Below are positions 27,197 through 37,403 of a DNA stretch of 64,000 nucleotides, in pieces (positions within the stretch are counted from its first letter, which is position 1; each line of letters opens with the position of its first letter). The translations under genes and the position numbers were made by a program. The DNA is from Treponemataceae bacterium. Its GTDB lineage: Bacteria; Spirochaetota; Spirochaetia; Treponematales; Rectinemataceae. The notes beneath the pieces were generated by a model. It was given only the letters and a program-made list of their open reading frames with translations, searched no databases and was not told where the DNA came from. The stretch is from assembly GCA_963678065.2 (NCBI GenBank), contig CAXXVZ010000002.1, positions 32,001 through 96,000 on the forward strand, in the 5' to 3' direction.

Positions 27197-28610
27197 GCGA
27201 GACGACGAATGAGGCGCCTCCCAGGTCGGAATCCGCCACCGTGATGCTCCCTCCATGCGCTTTGACGATTTCGCGCGCGATGGCGAGTCCAAGCCCTCTG
27301 CCCCCGAGATCCGTCGACCGAGACTTGTCCATGCGGTAGAAGCGCTCGAATATGCGCTCGCGCTCCTCGTCGGGGATGCCGGGGCCGGAATCGTCGACAT
27401 ATATGAGGGCCAGGGTTCCGTTGTCAGCTCCCTGTGCGCGTACCCGCACCCTTCCGCCGGCAGGAGTATATTTGATCGCGTTCGAGATGAGGTTGTAGAT
27501 GACTTCGCCGATGCGGAGGTAATCGGCGCTGATGTGCGGCGACGGTGGACCGGGTTCTTCGACCGAGAGGGCAATCCGTTTTTCCGCGGCAGCGGACGCG
27601 AACAGCGCGACCGCCTTGTGGGCTATCTCCCCGGCATCGACTGTTTCGAGCGAGAGAGCCAGTCTGCCGGATTCGATGATCTCGAGTTCCCGCAGCATGT
27701 CGATGAGGCGCGAGAGCCGCACAGTCTCTTCGTGGACCGATTCCAGTGTCGGAATGTCGAGAGGGTACACGCCGTCGATCATCGCCTCGATGGTCCCTTG
27801 GATGAGCGTCACGGGCGTCCTGAGTTCGTGGGCCGAATCGGCGATGATCTGCTTCTTCGCCTCCTCCAGGCGCTTCAGCTCCTCGGTCATCGCGTTGAAC
27901 GAGACCGACAGATCCGACACCTCATCCCTTCCGCCCACCTTCACGGCGGCAGTGAGGTCCCCTGAGGCCACTTTTTTGACCGCGGCAGTGAGGGACACGA
28001 CCGGCCGCGTCACCTGCGCGGAAAAAACGAGGCCGAGGATGAAGGCGATGCCCGCCGAGATCAGGATGGCCCAGACAAGAGAGGTGGTGATCGAGCCCAG
28101 GAAGCGCTCGTTGATTCCGGTCAGGGAGGAATCGACCATCGAGCCGACGAGGACTGTCCCCTTTTTTTCGAAATTCACCATGATCGGCACCCCGTGCGCC
28201 AAGTGCATGGGCGGATGGACGGTGCCCAGGAGCTTGCCGGAAGTGTCGGCGACGATGATGCCGTCGCTGTCAGCCACCGCGATCCTGTCAGACAAGAGCG
28301 CGCTGATAGTCGCAGAAGGATAGGATGATGGAGACACGCCTCCGCCTTCGCCGTGGATGCGTTTGTCGAGTCCGAAAAAGACAAGCTGAGGTATCTCCGA
28401 CAGAAAAGACTGGAGGTCCCGCCAATCCTTCTTCTCGGCGTAGTAGTCGCCGAGAATCGTGGCGTAGATTTTCGCCTTTTCCGAATCGCCGGAAAAGATG
28501 AAGGAGCGGAAAACGCTCTCCGTCGTCTGGCGGACAAAGAAGAGCGTCGTGCCCGCGACTACGGCAATGACGAGGAAAAAGTATATCGACAGGCGCTCCC
28601 TGAGCTTCAC
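27162..28610 (-). CDS. HAMP sensor histidine kinase (BaeS-like)
   Basis: Two TM segments, HAMP, AHELRTP, NLISNAIKY, DSGPGI, GRGLGLAI. GTGA overlap with the regulator. Confidence 0.92.
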   Translation of the reverse strand: MKLRERLSIYFFLVIAVVAGTTLFFVRQTTESVFRSFIFSGDSEKAKIYATILGDYYAEKKDWRDLQSFLSEIPQLVFFGLDKRIHGEGGGVSPSSYPSATISALLSDRIAVADSDGIIVADTSGKLLGTVHPPMHLAHGVPIMVNFEKKGTVLVGSMVDSSLTGINERFLGSITTSLVWAILISAGIAFILGLVFSAQVTRPVVSLTAAVKKVASGDLTAAVKVGGRDEVSDLSVSFNAMTEELKRLEEAKKQIIADSAHELRTPVTLIQGTIEAMIDGVYPLDIPTLESVHEETVRLSRLIDMLRELEIIESGRLALSLETVDAGEIAHKAVALFASAAAEKRIALSVEEPGPPSPHISADYLRIGEVIYNLISNAIKYTPAGGRVRVRAQGADNGTLALIYVDDSGPGIPDEERERIFERFYRMDKSRSTDLGGRGLGLAIAREIVKAHGGSITVADSDLGGASFVVSLSSSSTSRNRA

Positions 28611-29317
28611 GGGCCTGATCCCTGGGCCTGTTCCAGGAACCTGTATCCGGCGCCCCGCACCGTACCGATGAACCGAGGCTCCTCGCTGTCGTCGCCCAAA
28701 ACTTTGCGGATATTCTTGATGTGGGCGTCTATGGTCCTCTCGTAACCCTCGTAGGTGGTACCGGCGCACCCTTCGAGGATTTCGAGCCGGCTGTAGACCC
28801 TTCCGGGTTCGCGCATGAGAAAGCCGAGGATGTCCAGCTGTATGGTCGTGAGGTTGACGATCTTCCCGTCGATGCGGACCGACCTCTTTTTGAAGTCGAT
28901 CTCCACGGGGCCGCAGCGGAGCATCGATCCCTGGCCCTCCTCCTGGGGTGGCGTCGAGCTCCGGCGCAGAACGGCGCGCACGCGGGCAACGAGTTCCCTC
29001 GGGCTGAAAGGCTTGGATATGTAGTCGTCGGCGCCAAGTTCGAGCCCCACAATCTTGTCCGTCTCGTCGGTCCGGGCGGTCAGGAAGATGATGGGAACCG
29101 AGGATGATTTTCTCAGCTCGCGCGCGACATCGAGTCCATTGGAACCGGGCATATTGATGTCGAGAATGAGGCAGGCTGGCGCATGTTCCCTGAAAAGAGT
29201 GAGGGCCCGCGATCCGTCGAAGGCGAGGATAGCCTGGAATCCGGCGGCCTCGAGATAGCTTCCCACCATTCTGGCGATTTTCTCTTCATCGTCGGCGATA
29301 AGAATTTTGACAGGCAC
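28607..29317 (-). CDS. OmpR-family response regulator
   Basis: ILIADDE, LDINMP, GADDYISKPFS, RTIDAHIKNIR, TVRGAGY. GTG start with RBS gggagg. Confidence 0.93.
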   Translation of the reverse strand: MPVKILIADDEEKIARMVGSYLEAAGFQAILAFDGSRALTLFREHAPACLILDINMPGSNGLDVARELRKSSSVPIIFLTARTDETDKIVGLELGADDYISKPFSPRELVARVRAVLRRSSTPPQEEGQGSMLRCGPVEIDFKKRSVRIDGKIVNLTTIQLDILGFLMREPGRVYSRLEILEGCAGTTYEGYERTIDAHIKNIRKVLGDDSEEPRFIGTVRGAGYRFLEQAQGSGP

Positions 29318-29425
29318 GACAATCCTCCCGGCAAGGGCGAAGACACTGCGACACAATGATGGAGTCAATCGCGGAAAAACGCCAGCGGGCAGGCCTCCTC
29401 CCGAGGCGAAGACATGCCCACGCCT

Positions 29426-29489
29426 GGGACCCAGGACGTCCGCATCCGGGACCCAGGAGGATCCGCGCCCAGGACCCAGGAGGGTCCTC
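29426..29489. repeat. Three imperfect tandem repeats of about 22 bp (core ggacccagga)
   Basis: gggacccaggacgtccgcatcc / gggacccaggaggatccgcgcc / caggacccaggagggtcctc. Confidence 0.7.
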
Positions 29490-29519
29490 AATGCCTTCGA
29501 GCCGGGATTCCCTCTGGAC

Positions 29520-30242
29520 TTATTTGAGGTTGAAGGGCTTCAGCAGCTTGTCGACGAAGACGGTCTTGCCCGCGTCGTCCTTGGTCTCAACCTTCGCGTA
29601 GACCCAGCCCTCTACTTTGGCGGGATCGACCCCCGCGGCGATGAAAGGCGCGGGATTCAGGACCCAGACGATGTCCTTGTCGTTTTTGGACATGTCCTTG
29701 GCCCACTCGAACATGTTGCCGTCGCCGAGCTTGATCCCGTAGTGGTCGAGCTTCTCGTGGTAGACGATGCGGGAGCGCTGGGTTTTGACTATCTCGGCGA
29801 AGGTCGCCTCGAAGGATTTCGCCGCGTCTGCCGGAAACTTGTCCGAACCGAGCTCGAAGTGGAGCATGAACCGGCCATTCTCTATTTCATACTTGATGCC
29901 ATCGACGGCCGGAAGCTTCGCCAGGTCGAGTCCCGCCGCGAGGAAGGGCGCCGCGTCGAAGGCAAACTCCACGTCGGGCTTGTCCATGTCGGCCATTCCG
30001 CCGCCGGATGCGGCGTTGCGTGAAAAGTCGGTGGAGAACAGCACTTCGTCTCCGGCTGCCGACCTGAGAACCCAGGATTCATCCTCTTTGGAGAACGAGA
30101 CTGTATCCTTGGATGCGTCGAGAACGGCCTTGAACGAGGTCTTCGCGACCTTTCCGACCACATCGGTGGCCGCGCAGCCGCTCACGGCCATAGCCAGGAC
30201 GATTGCAGCAATCGCTACGAAACCATATCGCACATTTTTCAT
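29520..30242 (-). CDS. Conserved-looking hypothetical lipoprotein in the copper operon
   Basis: MKNVRY...VSGC lipobox, YHEKLDHYG motif, internal similarity APFLAAGLD/APFIAAGVD. Confidence 0.72.
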   Translation of the reverse strand: MKNVRYGFVAIAAIVLAMAVSGCAATDVVGKVAKTSFKAVLDASKDTVSFSKEDESWVLRSAAGDEVLFSTDFSRNAASGGGMADMDKPDVEFAFDAAPFLAAGLDLAKLPAVDGIKYEIENGRFMLHFELGSDKFPADAAKSFEATFAEIVKTQRSRIVYHEKLDHYGIKLGDGNMFEWAKDMSKNDKDIVWVLNPAPFIAAGVDPAKVEGWVYAKVETKDDAGKTVFVDKLLKPFNLK

Positions 30243-30303
30243 ACCGACTCCCTGGAACCTGATCGGTTCACTATCATCATCCGTATCATCATCGTCCACA
30301 TCA

Positions 30304-30516
30304 TCATCCGCCGAGGACAGCGGTGACCTGGTAGCCGGCTTCGGCTACGGCATGTTTGAGGGCGAGGTCATTGAGGGCTTCGCCTTCCACCATCGCGCTC
30401 TTCTTGATCAGGTCGACATCGACCTTCGTCACTCCCGGGACCTCGCTCAGCGCGGACTTCACGTGCATGACACAGTGGCCGCAGCTCATTCCTTCGATAG
30501 TAAGCAGTTTTCTCAT
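30304..30516 (-). CDS. copZ: Copper chaperone (HMA domain)
   Basis: IEGMSCGHC, 70 aa, directly downstream of the P1B ATPase. Confidence 0.9.
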   Translation of the reverse strand: MRKLLTIEGMSCGHCVMHVKSALSEVPGVTKVDVDLIKKSAMVEGEALNDLALKHAVAEAGYQVTAVLGG

Positions 30517-30535
30517 GACAAAACCTCCGTGGTTA

Positions 30536-32998
30536 TCAATTGAACGGTTTAAACCGTTTCAGTCGCAATGCGTTGGTCAGGACCGATACTGAGCTCATAG
30601 ACATGGCGGCGGCGGCGATGATCGGATTCAGGAGCGGGCCGCCGAAAGCGTAGAGCAGGCCGGCCGCGACAGGGATTCCGAGAACGTTGTAGCCGAAGGC
30701 CCAGAACAGGTTCTGCTTGATATTCCGGATGACGTTCTTGGAGAGCTTGATCGCCGTCGGGACATCCATGAGGTCGCTTCTCATGAGGACGATGTCCGCG
30801 CTCTCCATTGCCACATCGGTGCCCGATCCTATCGCGATGCCGATATCGGCCTGCGCGAGGGCGGGGGCATCGTTGATCCCGTCTCCTACCATGGCGACCT
30901 TCCGCCCTTCGGCCTGGAGTTTCTTGACTTCGAGCGCCTTGTCCTGGGGCAGGACCTCCGCGAGCACGCGGTCGATACCGACCTGAGAAGCTATGGCCGC
31001 CGCAGTCCTCGCCGAGTCGCCGGTTATCATGGCGACCTGGATGCCCATGCCGTGGAGGGCCGCGATGGCGCGCTCGCTCGATTCCTTGACGACGTCGGCG
31101 ACCGCGATGAGTCCCGCGTACTTCCCGTCGACGGCCACGAACATGGGCGTCTTGCCTTCTCCGGCGAGCCGGTCCGCCCGGGCGGCGCCTTCGCCGAGCC
31201 CGATGCCGCTCCCGGCCATGTGCTTGGCGTTGCCGAGAAGCACGCGCCGGCCATTCGCCGTCGCCTCGATTCCGTGACCCGGAACCGCGCTGAAATCGCT
31301 CGCCTCGACGAGGGTTATGCCCTTCTCTTCCGCGGCGCGGACGATGGCCTCTCCGAGGGGATGTTCCGATCCTTTTTCAGCCGAGGCCGCGAGACCCAGG
31401 ATTTCATCCGCCGTGAAGCCACTCGCGGGTACGATGTCTGTCGTCTCCGGCCTGCCCTTCGTGATCGTCCCCGTTTTGTCGAAGACGATAGTATCTATCG
31501 TATGCGCCGTCTCGAGGGCGACGCCGGACTTGATGAGGACGCCGTGCTCGGCGCCCTTGCCCGTGCCGACCATGATGGCCGTGGGCGTCGCGAGGCCGAG
31601 GGCGCAGGGGCAGGCTATCGTGAGCACCGCCACGAAGACCGTGAGGGCGAAAACCGGCGTGTGGCCCAAAAGAAGCCAGACGAGGGCGGACAGAAGGGCG
31701 ATGACGAAGACGACCGGGACGAAGTAGCCAGAGACGATGTCGGCCATCTGGGCGATGGGAGCCTTCGAGCCCTGGGCGTCCTCGACGAGCTTTATGATGC
31801 GCGAAAGGACGGTGTCGGTGCCGACTTTCGTCGCGCGGAAAGTGATCGAGCCGTTTTTGTTGATGCTCGCGCCGATGACCGCGTCGCCGATTTCCTTCTC
31901 CACGGGCATGCTCTCCCCGGTGAGCATGGATTCATCCACGGCGCTCCGGCCGGTCACGACCTCGCCGTCGACCGGAATCTTTTCGCCCGGCCTCACGCGG
32001 ATGATGTCGCCGGCCTCGACCTCGTCGATCGGGATCTCCACCTCGACTCCGCCCTGGATGACAGTTGCCGTCTTGGGCTGGAGACCCATGAGTTTTTTGA
32101 TCGACTCCGAAGTTCTGCCTTTGGTGACGGCCTCGAGGGACTTTCCGAGGAGGATGAGGGTTATGATGACGCCGGCTGTCTCGAAATACAGACTCTCCAC
32201 GGCGCGGAAATTGCCACCCGCGATGCCGAAGACCGAATAGATGCTGTAGAGGACGGCGGCCGAGGTTCCCATAGCGATGAGGGAGTCCATGTTCGGGCTG
32301 CGGTGCAGTATGGCTTTGAAGCCGACGACATAGAACCGGTATCCGGCGGCTATGACGGGTATCACGAGGGCGATTTCCAAAAGAGCGTAGCGCAGGGGGT
32401 AATTCATCGCGTTGATCGCCGCAGGCAGGGGCCATCCCAGCATGGCGCCCATGGCGATGTACAAGAGGGGCAGGGAGAAGGCCGCCGAGATTATGAACTT
32501 GGTCCACAGGACGCGGATTTCCTTTTCTTTGGCCGCCTTGTGCTCGTCCACCGCTTTCGCGCCCGACTCTATTGCCAGCGGAGTGTAACCGGCTTTCGTA
32601 ATCGCGCGCTTGATCTCCGAAAGCCTCAACGATGAAGGATCGTACTTCACGAAAGCTCTCTCGGTGGCGAGATTCACCGAAACGGAGACTACGCCGGGCA
32701 GTTTTCTGACCGCGCGCTCGACCGCCGCGGAGCAGGAGGCGCAGGTCATTCCGCCGACGGGGATCGTGACTTCCTTTTCAGCCCGCTCCTCAACTGCTTC
32801 GTAGCCTGCCTTCCCTACCGCCGCCACGATCTCGTCGATGCCCAGCTTCCCGTCCTCGAATTTGATGAGGAGCTTCTCGGTCGCGAAGTTGACTGCGGCC
32901 TCCTCTACTCCGGCAAGCTTTTTGACCGCCCGTTCAGAGGCCTGGGCGCAGGCCGCACAGGTCATACCGTGTATAGTGAGTTGCCGCACCTGGGTCAT
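30536..32998 (-). CDS. copA: Copper-translocating P1B-type ATPase
   Basis: Two GMTCxxC HMA domains, TGES, CPC, DKTGT, HP, GDGIND, YN and MSMSS. Confidence 0.96.
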   Translation of the reverse strand: MTQVRQLTIHGMTCAACAQASERAVKKLAGVEEAAVNFATEKLLIKFEDGKLGIDEIVAAVGKAGYEAVEERAEKEVTIPVGGMTCASCSAAVERAVRKLPGVVSVSVNLATERAFVKYDPSSLRLSEIKRAITKAGYTPLAIESGAKAVDEHKAAKEKEIRVLWTKFIISAAFSLPLLYIAMGAMLGWPLPAAINAMNYPLRYALLEIALVIPVIAAGYRFYVVGFKAILHRSPNMDSLIAMGTSAAVLYSIYSVFGIAGGNFRAVESLYFETAGVIITLILLGKSLEAVTKGRTSESIKKLMGLQPKTATVIQGGVEVEIPIDEVEAGDIIRVRPGEKIPVDGEVVTGRSAVDESMLTGESMPVEKEIGDAVIGASINKNGSITFRATKVGTDTVLSRIIKLVEDAQGSKAPIAQMADIVSGYFVPVVFVIALLSALVWLLLGHTPVFALTVFVAVLTIACPCALGLATPTAIMVGTGKGAEHGVLIKSGVALETAHTIDTIVFDKTGTITKGRPETTDIVPASGFTADEILGLAASAEKGSEHPLGEAIVRAAEEKGITLVEASDFSAVPGHGIEATANGRRVLLGNAKHMAGSGIGLGEGAARADRLAGEGKTPMFVAVDGKYAGLIAVADVVKESSERAIAALHGMGIQVAMITGDSARTAAAIASQVGIDRVLAEVLPQDKALEVKKLQAEGRKVAMVGDGINDAPALAQADIGIAIGSGTDVAMESADIVLMRSDLMDVPTAIKLSKNVIRNIKQNLFWAFGYNVLGIPVAAGLLYAFGGPLLNPIIAAAAMSMSSVSVLTNALRLKRFKPFN

Positions 32999-33018
32999 GT
33001 TTTACTCCTTCGCAATCA

Positions 33019-33303
33019 TCAATTGTCTGGAGAACCCATGTAGTGCTCGAGTATCTGGGCTATCTCCTCGACTTTTTCCGCGCCCTTGTCCGCATTGACG
33101 GCGTCCATCACGCAGGTGTCGATGTGCTGGCGCAGGACGACCAGATTCGCCTTCCTCAAGAGGGCCGCCGAAGCCAGTATCTGCTTGGACACATCTATGC
33201 AGTAGCGATCTTCTTCCATCATCCGTATCGCCGCGTCCACCTGTCCCTTCGCCGTCTTGAGAAGGGTCAAGGCTTTTCGGCTCTCTGCGCTGCAATGGTC
33301 CAT
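33019..33303 (-). CDS. csoR: Metal-sensing repressor, CsoR family
   Basis: KGQVDA...RYCIDVSKQI...HIDTCV (C-H-C ligands). Confidence 0.9.
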   Translation of the reverse strand: MDHCSAESRKALTLLKTAKGQVDAAIRMMEEDRYCIDVSKQILASAALLRKANLVVLRQHIDTCVMDAVNADKGAEKVEEIAQILEHYMGSPDN

Positions 33304-33330
33304 GCTCAAGGCCTCCCAGAATCGAGTATC

Positions 33331-33420
33331 ATTATCGACCCCTCCCCTGGTAGGGAGGGGTCGATAATCGAATTTACATCCATTCTCCCGGCAGGTCAAG
33401 CACCCTCAGAAGGAGGGGTA
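33331..33420 (-). promoter_or_regulatory. csoR-copA-copZ sigma70 promoter flanked by two G/C-tract operators
   Basis: TTGACC(33399-33394)-N17-TAAATT(33376-33371). 16-bp-arm palindrome attatcgacccctccc-N6-gggaggggtcgataat, and a second caccctc...gaggggta. Confidence 0.75.
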
Positions 33421-33749
33421 TTAGGACTATCCGACTGTCCGCCCACCCGATCAGGGCCATTTGCACCGTCGACTGCCGTTTCGGATGACGAATGACATGA
33501 GAGCCCGGAGGCCTCTTTTCCGCCTCCGCGACCGTGACCTCTGCCCATGAATATCATCATCGCGATCATCGATATCGGACACAAAAGCGATGCTGCGAGG
33601 GAAAGGAAACGCCCGCCGAGTCCCCGTGCGATACCGCTCAGGGAAAGAGCCGCGACTATCGCGACGGGCACTATGCAACACAGGGCCATGGCCGCCCCGT
33701 GATACCGTCCCATGAACTCGCTCACCGATGCCTGTATGTCTCGTTTCAT
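33396..33749 (-). CDS. Small Cys/Met/His-rich membrane protein (DUF2933-like)
   Basis: ALCCIVP...LLCPISMIAMMIFMGRGHG, two TM segments. Confidence 0.62.
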   Translation of the reverse strand: MKRDIQASVSEFMGRYHGAAMALCCIVPVAIVAALSLSGIARGLGGRFLSLAASLLCPISMIAMMIFMGRGHGRGGGKEASGLSCHSSSETAVDGANGPDRVGGQSDSPNTPPSEGA

Positions 33750-33809
33750 TGCCCTATTCCTTCCCGGAAAGTTTTATACGCACGGTCGACGACCGGATCT
33801 TCGATATTC

Positions 33810-33852
33810 ATGATAGCCACCTCCTGTGAATGGAGTGTGAACACTCTGTGCT
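33810..33852 (-). promoter_or_regulatory. TTCAY-N6-TTCAY-N10-(-10) promoter
   Basis: Minus strand AGCAC agagtg TTCAC actcca TTCAC aggaggtggc TATCAT. Confidence 0.62.
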
Positions 33853-33864
33853 TTCCCTGCGGAT

Positions 33865-35853
33865 TCACCGATTCCCGGCCGGGGACATACCCGCACAGCC
33901 CCCGCCCCCTGCTGCCCGGTACGCGCCTATCTCCCGTTTCACCTTCTGCAGGTCCACCTTCGACAGATCGTCGACTGTCTTCACGTATCCGTGAAGCATT
34001 CCCATCCAGCACTGGAAGGTAAAATCCTCCGTCACCGTGATGGCTGGCGTCCTGGCTTCTCCACCTCTCAGGTCGATCCGGCCATTGTACTCGGGGAAGG
34101 AGATAGGATTGTTGCAGGATGTGAGCTCATCGACCTTGAAGGTGATCACAGCCTTCATTCCTTTCTGGAGGACAAGCGCGGCCGGCGAATAGCCCTGTGC
34201 ATTCACCGTTACGGTTATCTCCTGGACACCATCTTTGATGGTGGGAAGCCCAATGGTATCGACGGAAACCCTTCCTCCGGCGAAGGCCGGGTTGGTCGCG
34301 CTGGAGCAGCATCCTCCTGAACCCGATCCGGCACCAGTACCCTGTCCGGACGCCTGCGCGAGCAATTCAGGCAAGGTCAATTCTTTGCTCCCCTCGAAGG
34401 AAGTCTTGCCGGCGAGGTCCTTTACCACCGTGATGCGGCTCGAAATCATCCCCATCCAGCAGGTATAGGCGATAAAACCTTCTTTTTTCGGCGTGAATTC
34501 GATGAGGTTGTCTCCGGGTACCAGAGTCTTCTTGATTCCATAGGCAGGAACGGTGATCGGATTGTTGCAGCCATTGAGTCCGGCGGCCGTGACACGGATA
34601 GTCCACTTTACGGGAACTCCCGCCTGGACGACGAAGGGCAGGTAGTACCCCGAGGATCCGAAATCGGTGAGCACGGTCTGCACGCCGTCCTTGACCGCGG
34701 TCCTGATGGGCGCGGCGGACTTTCCTGGTTCCGGCCGATCGGCAACCTGAACCGCCGGGGCAAGGCCAGTCCTGGGCGGAGCGCCTGAAAGTTGTGCGAG
34801 GCCGGCCCTGAGGGACGGGAACCTGGGCAGCGCGACGCCGGCGAGGGCGACTGCCCTGCCGAATGTGATCAGGCCCAGGAACATCACGAGAATGGCGCTC
34901 GCCTTGACCATTACGGGAACGAACTTCTTCGGAATGAAGGCCGCCGCGAGGCTGAAGACGAGCATGAGCGGCACGGTGCCGACCGAGAAGATGAACATGG
35001 AAAGAGCGCCGGCCAGGAGGCTGCCGGTGCCGAGGGCGTAGAGCTGCATGGTCTGGAGAGGGCCGCAGGGCATGAGGCCATTGAGAAGTCCCACCGCGAA
35101 AGGGCCGCGCTTTCCGAGGGCGGATGAGAATCGACCTGCGACGTTCCGGAGGGAGGCGGGGATTACCCGGGAAATTCTCGGCAGCCCGGAGAGGACCCCG
35201 AGCATCTTGAGTCCGAGAAGAACCATGAAGAGGCCGGCAGCGGCGGCAATGATTCCTTTCACGACCGGCGAAAAGCTGAACGCAGCTCCGAGGGCTCCGA
35301 CTGCACCGCCTAGAATGGTGTAAGAGAGGACCCGGCCGCCATTGTACAAAAGGCCGGGAATGAGTTGCACGAGCTTGCCTTCCGCCGACCGGCCGCGGGA
35401 GGGATCTGCGGAGGCCGGGCTCTTTTCGAGCTTCGCGATGCTCTGCGACAGGGCGATGCCGCCGCACATGGCCACGCAGTGAACCGAGGTCAGTATTCCG
35501 ACAATGAAGAGCATGCCGTAGCCGAGGGAAGCGTTTATCGCGGGGATGGCGTTGAAAAGTCCCGCCGCGCTCGCGATCATGTACAGGGCCGCGAGGATGA
35601 GGCCGATTCCAAGGGCGATCGTCGTGCTCGCGCTTTTGCTGTTCCCGACCGTATAGCCGTTTTTTTCGATTACCGCCTTCATCGCTCCGATCGTCGTTTT
35701 TTCGTCATCATATTCAATATCTACACGGCCGCCCTTGAGCTGAGCCCCTGCGGCGATGACGCCATCCAGGGCTTCCAGAACCTTCTTTATCCGCGTTTCG
35801 CAGGCGGAACAGGTCATGTCGACCACAAATATCGTCGTTTTCTTCGTGCCCAT
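33865..35853 (-). CDS. Multidomain protein: HMA, DsbD_2/TauE-like membrane domain, two cupredoxin-like domains
   Basis: MTCSAC, SVHCVAMCGG, GLMPCGPLQ, NGCNN...YTCWMGM, TSCNN...FQCWMGM. Confidence 0.85.
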   Translation of the reverse strand: MGTKKTTIFVVDMTCSACETRIKKVLEALDGVIAAGAQLKGGRVDIEYDDEKTTIGAMKAVIEKNGYTVGNSKSASTTIALGIGLILAALYMIASAAGLFNAIPAINASLGYGMLFIVGILTSVHCVAMCGGIALSQSIAKLEKSPASADPSRGRSAEGKLVQLIPGLLYNGGRVLSYTILGGAVGALGAAFSFSPVVKGIIAAAAGLFMVLLGLKMLGVLSGLPRISRVIPASLRNVAGRFSSALGKRGPFAVGLLNGLMPCGPLQTMQLYALGTGSLLAGALSMFIFSVGTVPLMLVFSLAAAFIPKKFVPVMVKASAILVMFLGLITFGRAVALAGVALPRFPSLRAGLAQLSGAPPRTGLAPAVQVADRPEPGKSAAPIRTAVKDGVQTVLTDFGSSGYYLPFVVQAGVPVKWTIRVTAAGLNGCNNPITVPAYGIKKTLVPGDNLIEFTPKKEGFIAYTCWMGMISSRITVVKDLAGKTSFEGSKELTLPELLAQASGQGTGAGSGSGGCCSSATNPAFAGGRVSVDTIGLPTIKDGVQEITVTVNAQGYSPAALVLQKGMKAVITFKVDELTSCNNPISFPEYNGRIDLRGGEARTPAITVTEDFTFQCWMGMLHGYVKTVDDLSKVDLQKVKREIGAYRAAGGGGCAGMSPAGNR

Positions 35854-35887
35854 CAGGCCCACCTCGTTTCATTCCGTGTACAGACAG

Positions 35888-35930
35888 AGAGTACAGCATG
35901 AATATGAATGGACAATGAACGCGCTGTGCT
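35888..35930 (-). promoter_or_regulatory. TTCAY-N6-TTCAY-N10-(-10) promoter
   Basis: Minus strand AGCAC agcgcg TTCAT tgtcca TTCAT attcatgctg TACTCT. Confidence 0.62.
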
Positions 35931-36168
35931 CTTTGTATGCATTCCGCGGACATACGTTCATGAGCCGGGAGAGAGGATTTTCCTCCACACCAGTCCGTAT
36001 GGAACGAATAACAGAAGAAGCCGCCTTCAGAACATGCTGGTTCTGAAGGCGGCTTCTTTTCGCTACAGGGAAAACCGGGAGCGGGAAAACGTCAGCCCCT
36101 ATGCGCCTGGGAATCATCTCTGGCGTTTTTCCGAATGCCCGCGCATCAAGAAAAGACGCCATTCACAA

Positions 36169-37311
36169 TTACTGGTTCTTGACCTCCGAAAGTTTTATCA
36201 GCAGCGGTTCGGTGTTTTCGCCCTCCGTTTTCCGGAACTCATCAAGAAGCTCGCGTCCGCGGCGGGAGAGGCGCTGGGGAACCTGCACCATGACCTTGAG
36301 ATACATATCGCCGCGCCTCGAACCGGTGGCCGGCACGCCCTGATCGCGCACGCGGAGGAGCTTGCCGTTCTGTGTGCCGGCAGGTACCTGGATGGTGATC
36401 CTCGCGCCCTCGATGTTCTGGACCGAGATTTCGCCGCCGAGGGAGGCCGTCGCAATGGATACAGGGACGGCGCAGTAGAGGTCGTTGCCCTGACGCTCGA
36501 AGTACTCGTGCGGCTGGACATGGATAAACACGAACAGGTCGCCCGAAGGCCCGCCGTTGGGTCCCGCATCGCCCTGGCCGGGAATGTTGACCCGTCTTCC
36601 GTCCTCGACGCCCGGAGGAATCGTGACCTTGATCTTCTGCTTTTTCTTGGTCAGCCCGGAGCCACCGCACTCGCGGCAGGGCTTTTCGATGATGGCGCCC
36701 TCGCCCCGGCACGAAGGACAGGGCTGGGACACAGAGAAGAATCCCGAACTGCGCCTGACCTGCCCGGCTCCCTGGCATGTGGGGCAGGTCCGTCTTCCGG
36801 AGCCGTCGGAGGAACCTGTGCCGTTGCAGGACTTGCAGGCATCTTCCTTGCTGTAGGCGATCTCGATCGTCGTGCCGAAAACGGCTTTATCGAAGGGGAG
36901 TTCAAGATCGTAACGGAGATTGGAGCCGCGCGAGACCCGGTCGCGGGAACGTCCGCCGCCGGAGCCGCCGAAAAAGGAATTGAGTATGCCGGAAAAATCC
37001 CCGAACCCGCCGCCGGAGCCGAAGATATCCTCGAAGCCCTGGAACACGGAAGAAAAATCCTGCGCTCCGCCCTGCCCGCCCATGCCCTCCACTCCGGCAA
37101 AGCCAAACTGGTCATAGGCCTGACGCTTGGGCTCGTCGCCGAGCACTTCGTAGGCTTCGGTCGCTTCCTTGAAGCGCTCCTCGGCAGCCTTGTCTCCGGG
37201 GTTTTTGTCCGGATGATTCTGGATGGCGAGCTTGCGGTAGGCTTTCTTGATATCGTCTTTCGATGAGTCCTTAGGAACTCCCAGGACTTCGTAATAATCG
37301 CGTTTGGCCAC
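36169..37311 (-). CDS. dnaJ: Chaperone DnaJ
   Basis: J domain HPD, G/F region, four CxxCxGxG repeats. Confidence 0.97.
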   Translation of the reverse strand: MAKRDYYEVLGVPKDSSKDDIKKAYRKLAIQNHPDKNPGDKAAEERFKEATEAYEVLGDEPKRQAYDQFGFAGVEGMGGQGGAQDFSSVFQGFEDIFGSGGGFGDFSGILNSFFGGSGGGRSRDRVSRGSNLRYDLELPFDKAVFGTTIEIAYSKEDACKSCNGTGSSDGSGRRTCPTCQGAGQVRRSSGFFSVSQPCPSCRGEGAIIEKPCRECGGSGLTKKKQKIKVTIPPGVEDGRRVNIPGQGDAGPNGGPSGDLFVFIHVQPHEYFERQGNDLYCAVPVSIATASLGGEISVQNIEGARITIQVPAGTQNGKLLRVRDQGVPATGSRRGDMYLKVMVQVPQRLSRRGRELLDEFRKTEGENTEPLLIKLSEVKNQ

Positions 37312-37403
37312 GTAGGGATCCTTGGATCGCTCGGGGTTGACCGTGAAACCGGAAGAAGGAGGAACACAGTTCCTCCTTCTTCGAGGTCAACCGCAGTGCG
37401 GAT

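Noticed and set aside
29426..29489. Possible mini-CRISPR array
   Set aside because: Repeats are about 10 bp with similar 12-bp spacers, and there are no cas genes
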